From a virus (lineage: Duplodnaviria; Heunggongvirae; Uroviricota; Caudoviricetes): DNA of 12,827 nt. The DNA lies in the IMG/VR virus record IMGVR_UViG_2671180864_000011; one strand, written 5' to 3'. Of this stretch, positions 5,855-12,827 are shown piece after piece; the stretch's first letter is position 1; each line of letters starts with the position of its first letter. The notes below the pieces were generated by a model. It had not been told where the DNA came from, did not search any database, and saw nothing but the letters and a program-made list of their open reading frames with translations. The translations under genes and the position numbers were made by a program.

Positions 5855-7470
5855 GTGAAATTAGCTATCAGGCTTCAATTACCGCTGGCATTCGCATCAA
5901 AGGAGAGGAGCATGGAAATAAAACCAGAAGATGAGTTAAGCAATATTGTTTTATTTCCGGTAAAAGAGGATAACCCTCGTAATCAGGTTAATTTTCTTTA
6001 TGAGCCATCGGAAAGACCATATTGCCATCACGCTTCTGTCCGGGTTGACGAAAAAGAGCGTCAGGTCCGCTGTAAAATTTGCGGTGCAGTTGTGGAGCCA
6101 TTTGACTGGATGCTCTCTGTGGCGAAAAGAGAAACCAGACTGGCAGATGATGTAAGGCTCTTGCGCCAGGAGGAGCGGGAAAGGCGAAAAAATATAGAAA
6201 AGCTAATCCAGATTGAGCGTAATGCGAAAGCGCGGATACGCAGGGTGACAAAATATAGCCCCGAATAATCAAGGTTATTTCTGGAAGTCAAGTCGTGAGT
6301 GATGAGGACTAACAAATACGGTGAACTCGATAAAGAGATTCAGGACGAACTGGAGGCCAGGAATGATTGACAAATCACCAAGTGAGTTCAGCTACAAAGA
6401 TTTATTGTCATAACGGGTTATGAGATCGACTTGGTGCGTGATATTCTTCGGGCCAGTTTGCTATGCGCCACCATGAGATGTTATGGCCCGCATGTTTGAT
6501 ACATTAGGATTTTACATTATGAATGTGCAACATTTTGATTTTTTTACAGATAATGAGTTTTCTAATCTGGAAAGATATCAAACTTGTAAAGCCATGGCCA
6601 AAGGTTATGCGGGCAATTACAAAACCGGGCAGTCAAGGTTGATGCATGCCCGCTCATACTGCTTCAGCATCGTAGCTGCATATTGGGATACCCTTGCAAA
6701 AAAGCAAAAAAGCAGCATTAAAATGAGGGCAGTACCGCACACTGTTTACATAGAAGACATTCCATGTGATGCACGCGAGCTCGCTGAACGAACAGGTGAG
6801 CTTATTGCTCAATTTCCGGCGGAGGACGCTGGATATCTGATTGGGTCAATTTATACGGTAATGCTGCCATCCGCTTACCGTTCGGAATTGGGGGCTTACT
6901 ATACCCCCCCACCTTTGGTAGCGCGTCTCTTGGACCTGGCTGAAAAGTCTGGTGTTGATTTTTCTCATGCATCGGTTATTGATCCTGCGTGTGGTGGCGG
7001 TGCATTTTTGGCACCAGTAGCCATTCGAATGTTAAAAAAAGACAAGGGGTCTTCCCCTGAATGGATGTTGAGGAGAATCAGTCGTCGTTTAAAGGGGATA
7101 GAAATCGATCCATTTGCGGCTTGGATGAGTTTGGTATTGCTCGAATCTGTACTAATGCCACTATGTGTAAAGGTAAAACGTAGATTGCCTGAAGATACAA
7201 TTATTGTTGCTGATGCGCTTCAGCAAGATAAATTTTCTGGTTATGATCTTGTGGTAGGGAATCCGCCTTACGGACGTGTCACTCTCGATATTAAAACGAG
7301 AGAAAAATATTCTCGTTCGTTATTTGGTCATGCAAATCTATATGGATTGTTCACCGACTTAGCTGTTCGCATGGTTAAAGAGAAAACAGGAGTTATTGCA
7401 TTTCTTACGCCAACTTCTTTTCTTGGTGGGCAGTATTTCACCGCGCTGCGAACCCTTTTGACCGAAAAAA
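5465..7470. repeat. copy 1 of a ~2.0-kb direct repeat (140-aa gene, zinc-ribbon gene, leader, methyltransferase 5' half)
   Basis: Collinear with 8744..10749 at a constant offset of 3279 bp. Encoded proteins are identical from about 5710 onward; the first ~245 bp carry multiple substitutions. Confidence 0.85.
5912..6268 (+). CDS. hypothetical zinc-ribbon-like protein with basic coiled-coil tail (118 aa), copy 1
   Basis: Strong Shine-Dalgarno AAAGGAGAGGAG before the ATG at 5912 (track ORF opens at a GTG at 5855). C-H-H...C-K-I-C spacing suggests a metal-binding ribbon; C-terminus RLLRQEERERRKNIEKLIQIERNAKARIRR. An identical copy lies at 9191..9547. Confidence 0.6.
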   Translation: MEIKPEDELSNIVLFPVKEDNPRNQVNFLYEPSERPYCHHASVRVDEKERQVRCKICGAVVEPFDWMLSVAKRETRLADDVRLLRQEERERRKNIEKLIQIERNAKARIRRVTKYSPE

Positions 7471-7526
7471 ATTGGCTAATGAGGTGTACTGGCAATAGCG
7501 GACACTACCATTTGTTCTTTTTTTAA
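6483..7526 (+). pseudogene. 3'-truncated copy of the N6-adenine DNA methyltransferase gene
   Basis: First 329 codons are identical to the intact gene at 9762..11594. Homology ends at 7470, followed by 9 unrelated bp and the IS left end at 7480. The ORF then reads through unrelated sequence to a stop at 7526. Motifs X, I and IV are retained; the C-terminal domain is lost. Confidence 0.8.
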
Positions 7527-8341
7527 GCAGCCATCTGATGATATTTTTCCCTGAAGGCTGCCGGGGAGATATTCCCCAGACGAGAGTGACGACGCTGACG
7601 ATTGTAGAAAATCTCAATGTATTCCCGTATTACTGAGATGGCTTCATCCCGGTTATTAAAACGATAGTGGCTCAGGCTCTCATTTTTCAGCGTTCCCCAG
7701 AAGCTTTCCATCGGAGCGTTGTCGTAACAGTTACCTTTACGCGACATTGATGTTTTCAGACCAGACTGCTCCTGTATGACCCGGTAATCGTATGCGCAGT
7801 ACTGTGAACCTCGATCAGAGTGGTGGATTAGCCCGGCAGGTGGGCGCTGGCTCCTGAGCGCCATAAACAGGGCTTTACCTGTCAGCTCTTTTGTCATGCG
7901 CTCTCCCATGGCGTAGCCGACAATTTCGCACGTATAAACATCTTTGATGCCAGCGAGGTACAACCATCCCTCCTGTGTGGCAACATACGTCAGGTCCGCC
8001 ACCCAGACCTGATTTGGTGCTGTAGGAGCGAACGTCTGGTTCAGCAGATTTGGCGCAACTGGCAGATTGTGGTTCGAGTTCGTAGTCGCTCTGAACTTGC
8101 GTTTCTGCTTACAGCGTAGCCTTAGCTCCTTACGAAGACGTGCCAGTCGGTCACGACCAACGATGATGCCATTCTCTGCCAGCTCCGTCTGGAGCCGCCG
8201 GGTTCCATATGTTTCGCGAGTGCGGATATGTGCCACCTTAATCTCCAGTTTTAGCCGCTCATCACTTTGTTTTCTGTCTGAGGGTTCATGCTGTACCCAG
8301 TTGTAATAACCGCTCCTGGATACACCAAATACCTGACACAT
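7523..8341 (-). CDS. IS3-family transposase OrfB (DDE catalytic domain), normally made as an OrfAB fusion by -1 frameshifting
   Basis: 272-aa ORF in the -1 frame relative to orfA. Integrase-type catalytic core typical of IS3 OrfB (VWVADLTY ... HHSDRGSQY ... NAPMESFWGTLK). Confidence 0.85.
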   Translation of the reverse strand: MCQVFGVSRSGYYNWVQHEPSDRKQSDERLKLEIKVAHIRTRETYGTRRLQTELAENGIIVGRDRLARLRKELRLRCKQKRKFRATTNSNHNLPVAPNLLNQTFAPTAPNQVWVADLTYVATQEGWLYLAGIKDVYTCEIVGYAMGERMTKELTGKALFMALRSQRPPAGLIHHSDRGSQYCAYDYRVIQEQSGLKTSMSRKGNCYDNAPMESFWGTLKNESLSHYRFNNRDEAISVIREYIEIFYNRQRRHSRLGNISPAAFREKYHQMAA

Positions 8342-8376
8342 CGCTTCAATGGGAAATTGTTGTCGCCATTGTTCGA

Positions 8377-8679
8377 TTAACGCGTATTTTTCAGCGACTC
8401 CTGTGCAAAATACGCTGTTGCTTTTTTTAATATATCTCGCTCAAGGCGAGCTTCATTTAACGCCTTACGCAGTTGCAGAATTTCAGATTCCAGTTCAGCC
8501 ACCGTGCGGGAACCAGGAGTACCGAGCCCTTTTCTGGCGGCGGTAACCCATTGTCCTAAAGTGCCTTCAGGAAGAGATAATCGGGAAGCGCCTTCACTGA
8601 TCGAAAGTTGATTTTCAGGAACCGTTCTGACAGCTTCGGCTTTGAACTCTTTAGAGTAACGTTGGGTTTTTCTGCTCAT
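8377..8679 (-). CDS. IS3-family transposase OrfA (HTH DNA-binding subunit)
   Basis: 100-aa ORF with a leucine-zipper-like C-terminus (ELESEILQLRKALNEARLERDILKKATAYFAQ) ending just after the slippery run. Confidence 0.85.
   Translation of the reverse strand: MSRKTQRYSKEFKAEAVRTVPENQLSISEGASRLSLPEGTLGQWVTAARKGLGTPGSRTVAELESEILQLRKALNEARLERDILKKATAYFAQESLKNTR
8422..8428 (-). other. programmed -1 ribosomal frameshift slippery run (A AAA AAA G on the minus strand) for OrfAB
   Basis: Seven consecutive T on the plus strand inside the orfA codons for L-K-K-A, in the orfA/orfB overlap. Confidence 0.6.
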
Positions 8680-8743
8680 TATTAGCTCCTTCTGATGCCA
8701 TTCTATTTCAGGAAGGAGTGTCCGTTAAACTCAGGCTACCTCA

Positions 8744-9133
8744 AAAATTAAAGGGCAGGTTGTTGAACTTGTACGTCTGAGCGGTCGCGAGACGTTGCGG
8801 CAACTGGAAGCCAAGACAGGTGCGACAAGATATCTGATGAGTGTTCTCGCCAGAGAGCTGGTTGCCAGTGGCGATGTATACAACTCTGGTTACGGGTTAT
8901 TCCCGTCTGAACAGGCGCGTAAGGACTGGCAAAACGCCCGCAAAAAACTCTCAAGGGCAAATCTGAAGAAACCATCTGTGGTTGATCCTGACCTTATCTG
9001 GTCATTACCAGACGGAGAAATACGCCGCTACGACAGACATCAGAACATAATCTGTCGCGAGTGCCGGAAGAGTGAAGTTATGCAGCGTGTACCGGCTTTC
9101 TATCAGGGTGATTTTCAGGAGGCGGTACTGTGA
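8744..9133 (+). pseudogene. 5'-truncated, diverged second copy of the 140-aa hypothetical gene
   Basis: Homology to 5465..5854 begins immediately after the IS right end and lacks the first 11 codons. About 20 nucleotide differences but only 3 amino-acid changes (Q to L, I to M, K to N). The track ORF 8795..9133 begins at an internal Met. Confidence 0.7.
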
Positions 9134-9190
9134 GTGAAATTAGCTATCAGGCTTCAATTACCGCTGGCATTCGCATCAAAGGAGAGGAGC

Positions 9191-9547
9191 ATGGAAATAA
9201 AACCAGAAGATGAGTTAAGCAATATTGTTTTATTTCCGGTAAAAGAGGATAACCCTCGTAATCAGGTTAATTTTCTTTATGAGCCATCGGAAAGACCATA
9301 TTGCCATCACGCTTCTGTCCGGGTTGACGAAAAAGAGCGTCAGGTCCGCTGTAAAATTTGCGGTGCAGTTGTGGAGCCATTTGACTGGATGCTCTCTGTG
9401 GCGAAAAGAGAAACCAGACTGGCAGATGATGTAAGGCTCTTGCGCCAGGAGGAGCGGGAAAGGCGAAAAAATATAGAAAAGCTAATCCAGATTGAGCGTA
9501 ATGCGAAAGCGCGGATACGCAGGGTGACAAAATATAGCCCCGAATAA
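9191..9547 (+). CDS. hypothetical zinc-ribbon-like protein, copy 2 (protein identical to copy 1)
   Basis: Same Shine-Dalgarno and ATG context as copy 1; translation identical. Confidence 0.6.
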   Translation: MEIKPEDELSNIVLFPVKEDNPRNQVNFLYEPSERPYCHHASVRVDEKERQVRCKICGAVVEPFDWMLSVAKRETRLADDVRLLRQEERERRKNIEKLIQIERNAKARIRRVTKYSPE

Positions 9548-9761
9548 TCAAGGTTATTTCTGGAAGTCAAGTCGTGAGTGATGAGGACTAACAAATACGG
9601 TGAACTCGATAAAGAGATTCAGGACGAACTGGAGGCCAGGAATGATTGACAAATCACCAAGTGAGTTCAGCTACAAAGATTTATTGTCATAACGGGTTAT
9701 GAGATCGACTTGGTGCGTGATATTCTTCGGGCCAGTTTGCTATGCGCCACCATGAGATGTT

Positions 9762-11594
9762 ATGGCCCGCATGTTTGATACATTAGGATTTTACATTATG
9801 AATGTGCAACATTTTGATTTTTTTACAGATAATGAGTTTTCTAATCTGGAAAGATATCAAACTTGTAAAGCCATGGCCAAAGGTTATGCGGGCAATTACA
9901 AAACCGGGCAGTCAAGGTTGATGCATGCCCGCTCATACTGCTTCAGCATCGTAGCTGCATATTGGGATACCCTTGCAAAAAAGCAAAAAAGCAGCATTAA
10001 AATGAGGGCAGTACCGCACACTGTTTACATAGAAGACATTCCATGTGATGCACGCGAGCTCGCTGAACGAACAGGTGAGCTTATTGCTCAATTTCCGGCG
10101 GAGGACGCTGGATATCTGATTGGGTCAATTTATACGGTAATGCTGCCATCCGCTTACCGTTCGGAATTGGGGGCTTACTATACCCCCCCACCTTTGGTAG
10201 CGCGTCTCTTGGACCTGGCTGAAAAGTCTGGTGTTGATTTTTCTCATGCATCGGTTATTGATCCTGCGTGTGGTGGCGGTGCATTTTTGGCACCAGTAGC
10301 CATTCGAATGTTAAAAAAAGACAAGGGGTCTTCCCCTGAATGGATGTTGAGGAGAATCAGTCGTCGTTTAAAGGGGATAGAAATCGATCCATTTGCGGCT
10401 TGGATGAGTTTGGTATTGCTCGAATCTGTACTAATGCCACTATGTGTAAAGGTAAAACGTAGATTGCCTGAAGATACAATTATTGTTGCTGATGCGCTTC
10501 AGCAAGATAAATTTTCTGGTTATGATCTTGTGGTAGGGAATCCGCCTTACGGACGTGTCACTCTCGATATTAAAACGAGAGAAAAATATTCTCGTTCGTT
10601 ATTTGGTCATGCAAATCTATATGGATTGTTCACCGACTTAGCTGTTCGCATGGTTAAAGAGAAAACAGGAGTTATTGCATTTCTTACGCCAACTTCTTTT
10701 CTTGGTGGGCAGTATTTCACCGCGCTGCGAACCCTTTTGACCGAAAAAACTACTCCGTATGCCCTTGATTTCGTCACTGACAGGGATGGGGTCTTTGACG
10801 ATGTTCTCCAGGAAACAATGTTGACAGCATTCAAGGCGGGAGAACATAAAGTTCGGGCCCAGGTATCCTCACTTGTCCCTAAGGGGTTGAACAAAGCAAA
10901 AATTGAGAAAATAGGTAATGTTGATATAGAAAAAGGTGGAGCAACGTGGCTTTTGCCACGCGTTAAAGATGATGCCTGTTTTCTTAATGTATTAAAACAG
11001 ATGTCTACGCGTTTAGCTGATCTGGGATACTCAGTCTCTACAGGTCAGTTAGTCTGGAATCGATTTAAGTCGCAGTTGCGTACGACGAAAGGAAAAAATA
11101 GCTACCCATTAGTCTGGGCGGAATCAATAACTTCAGCTGGTTTTCGTTTTAGTGCAGACAGAAAAAATCATGTTCCCTATATCGATATAACCCCACAACA
11201 GGGTTTCCTTGTGACAAAATCTGAATGTGTGCTTGTTCAGCGGACAACATCGAAGGAACAGGACAGAAGGATTTTAGCGGCAATTTTACCTCAGGGATTT
11301 ATAGATGAAACTGGTGGCGTAGTAGTTGAAAACCATATTAATATTGTATATTCAAACGGATTGTTCTCTGCGGTTCGCCCTGATGTTATTGATATGCTAC
11401 TTAATTCGCATGTTGTCGATCGGGCGTTCAGGTGTATAAGCGGAAGTGTTGCTGTTTCGGCCTATGAATTGAATTCAATCCCGTTGCCTTCTCTGGAGCA
11501 GGTGATGGAGATTCAATCGTTAATTGATGCTGGCGTCCACAGACGGATTATTGAGAGAACTATCGCTGGTTTCTATGGAGTGATGATTGCATGA
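9762..11594 (+). CDS. gamma-class N6-adenine DNA methyltransferase (type II RM-type; possible true start at ATG 9798)
   Basis: Motif order X (GAYYTPPPLVARLL), I (DPACGGGAFL), IV (VVGNPPYGR), followed by a ~340-aa C-terminal region consistent with a target-recognition domain. AGGA lies 9 nt before the ATG at 9798; the ATG at 9762 has no Shine-Dalgarno. Confidence 0.85.
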   Translation: MARMFDTLGFYIMNVQHFDFFTDNEFSNLERYQTCKAMAKGYAGNYKTGQSRLMHARSYCFSIVAAYWDTLAKKQKSSIKMRAVPHTVYIEDIPCDARELAERTGELIAQFPAEDAGYLIGSIYTVMLPSAYRSELGAYYTPPPLVARLLDLAEKSGVDFSHASVIDPACGGGAFLAPVAIRMLKKDKGSSPEWMLRRISRRLKGIEIDPFAAWMSLVLLESVLMPLCVKVKRRLPEDTIIVADALQQDKFSGYDLVVGNPPYGRVTLDIKTREKYSRSLFGHANLYGLFTDLAVRMVKEKTGVIAFLTPTSFLGGQYFTALRTLLTEKTTPYALDFVTDRDGVFDDVLQETMLTAFKAGEHKVRAQVSSLVPKGLNKAKIEKIGNVDIEKGGATWLLPRVKDDACFLNVLKQMSTRLADLGYSVSTGQLVWNRFKSQLRTTKGKNSYPLVWAESITSAGFRFSADRKNHVPYIDITPQQGFLVTKSECVLVQRTTSKEQDRRILAAILPQGFIDETGGVVVENHINIVYSNGLFSAVRPDVIDMLLNSHVVDRAFRCISGSVAVSAYELNSIPLPSLEQVMEIQSLIDAGVHRRIIERTIAGFYGVMIA

Positions 11595-12673
11595 ATCTGC
11601 CTGTTGTTCCCCCATTGAATGTTATCCGGGAAAGATTACAATTAATTTTCCCTGAAGGGACTGAGAATCGTGGATATTTAATTCGGGAAATAGCTGCAAA
11701 AACAATTTTTGTCATGTTTTATGCTGGTGCGGTTGAGGGGCTGGGGCGATGGATAAGGCCCAGCCAGGTTGTAAGTATGGGAGATTCGCAGGCTGCTCTT
11801 ACTGATGATGCGTCCAGAGAAAGCTGGGTAAAGATGACTTTCTCTAAACAAAAGATAAGGCCTGCTGATGCATGGTATGCGGAAAATACGCGTGAGCCAA
11901 TACGTGATGAAACTATAAAAAATGGCCTAATACCTTGCAATGCAATTGTTGAGCGTAAAGGTATACCCACCACATCCTCTCGTCCTCGTTACAGTTTGAA
12001 TCGCTCTTTTGCAGCACTCTTTGATGCCGGGCTTGAAGGAGATTCGCTGCTGAGTGCAATAAGTTCCTGGCAAGAAAATCATTTGAACAAAGCCGCTCTT
12101 GCTAGGTTGCGTTTATTGAAATCAGGGGCAGTGATTGCTGCTGATGCCGTAGTCGTCACTTTCCCAAATGGAGAGAAGAGAACTTTAGCTCCGGGCCCGT
12201 CAAGTACAATAGCTAAGGCCGTCATCGAAGTTTTTGCTCCTAATTTTCTTAAGAATCCAACTGTGCTCTGGTTGTCTGAATCCGGGAATAAAGTTGTTGC
12301 TCAGGATGATGTATTGGCAAAAGCATTGGGGCTGAATATTGATGCCTCAAAAGCACTTCCAGATATTATTTTGATTGATTTGGGAGAGGACCGAACGGGT
12401 TCGGACATGCTTGTAGTTTTCACTGAAGTAGTTGCGACAGATGGGCCTATAAACAGGGAACGAAAAGTTACTCTCACTCATTTGGCTATTGACGCTGGGT
12501 TCAGCGAGAAAAATCTTGCATTCCTTACGGCATTTATGGACAGAAGTGCTCTGCCTTTTAAAAAGGCAATACCAGAATTGGCGTGGGGATCTTATGCATG
12601 GTTTGCTTCTGAACCGGAGCACTTAATTGATCTTCGGGATGGTTATCCGGTAAAGATCAGCCAGAGAAAATGA
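11591..12673 (+). CDS. putative restriction endonuclease partner of the methyltransferase (possibly BsuBI/PstI-like); function not proven
   Basis: 360-aa ORF whose ATG overlaps the methyltransferase stop (ATGA at 11591..11594). Same AT-rich composition as the methyltransferase. No unambiguous PD-(D/E)xK motif identified by eye, so the call rests on gene context. Confidence 0.5.
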   Translation: MNLPVVPPLNVIRERLQLIFPEGTENRGYLIREIAAKTIFVMFYAGAVEGLGRWIRPSQVVSMGDSQAALTDDASRESWVKMTFSKQKIRPADAWYAENTREPIRDETIKNGLIPCNAIVERKGIPTTSSRPRYSLNRSFAALFDAGLEGDSLLSAISSWQENHLNKAALARLRLLKSGAVIAADAVVVTFPNGEKRTLAPGPSSTIAKAVIEVFAPNFLKNPTVLWLSESGNKVVAQDDVLAKALGLNIDASKALPDIILIDLGEDRTGSDMLVVFTEVVATDGPINRERKVTLTHLAIDAGFSEKNLAFLTAFMDRSALPFKKAIPELAWGSYAWFASEPEHLIDLRDGYPVKISQRK

Positions 12674-12827
12674 CCAAAGTTTGATATCCGCCACGCCCTG
12701 AAGGATGGGGGTTTTACGGTGCACTGGATAAAAAATCGGTTTCATAGATTTGCCCACCGTGGTATACGCCTGCGATAAAAACTTTATTGTCATCAACGGC
12801 AAAAGCAATAATTGTTCTGTGGCGGGG

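Larger units (their letters stand above)
7480..8743 (-). mobile_element. IS3-family insertion sequence, 1264 bp (length matches IS600 as recalled, not verified)
   Basis: Imperfect terminal inverted repeats TGAGGTGTACTGGCAATAGCGGACACT (7480..) and the reverse complement of the right end TGAGGTAGCCTGAGTTTAACGGACACT (..8743). Contains overlapping orfA/orfB in the -1 frame relation with an A-run slippery site. Flanking triplets differ (TAA vs AAA), so there is no target-site duplication. Confidence 0.85.
8744..10749. repeat. copy 2 of the ~2.0-kb direct repeat, continuing into the intact methyltransferase
   Basis: Begins at the base after the IS right end. Homology with copy 1 ends at the same A6 run (7465..7470 / 10744..10749). 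Confidence 0.85.

Noticed and set aside
5988-6315. Two minus-strand ORFs (94 and 84 aa), repeated at 9267..9594
   Set aside because: Antisense to the zinc-ribbon gene, which has a strong Shine-Dalgarno; they recur only because the whole block is duplicated.
5465-10749. The long direct repeats as a possible CRISPR array or rRNA-type repeat
   Set aside because: There are only two copies of a 2-kb protein-coding block separated by an IS. No short regularly spaced repeats with unique spacers occur anywhere in the window.
10607-10894. Minus-strand ORFs inside the methyltransferase
   Set aside because: Antisense to a gene with unmistakable methyltransferase motifs.
12623-12808. 61-aa minus-strand ORF at the right edge
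   Set aside because: Overlaps the 3' end of the 360-aa gene by about 50 bp and has no recognisable features. It cannot be excluded as a real small gene reading in from beyond the window.

Overview
This window reads as the early (immunity and replication) region of a lambdoid prophage in an enterobacterial, probably E. coli/Shigella, genome; all calls are by eye from sequence and the ORF track, with no searches run. Left to right: two small leftward genes; an OL-like operator pair; a minus-strand three-gene operon of HTH repressor, small antitoxin and ParE-family toxin (the PaaR2-PaaA2-ParE2 architecture); an OR-like operator pair; a rightward Cro/YdaS-like and YdaT-like pair; a replication module (initiator with internal GTCACG iterons, DnaC-like loader); three hypothetical genes; and a restriction-modification-like pair (gamma-class N6-adenine methyltransferase with a translationally coupled 360-aa partner). 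About 2 kb (the last two hypothetical genes plus the methyltransferase 5' half) is present twice, with a 1264-bp IS3-family element exactly at the junction, leaving a 3'-truncated methyltransferase copy and a 5'-truncated gene copy. The best candidates for an undescribed system are the three-gene cassette at 4691..6268 and its linkage to the methyltransferase/360-aa pair.
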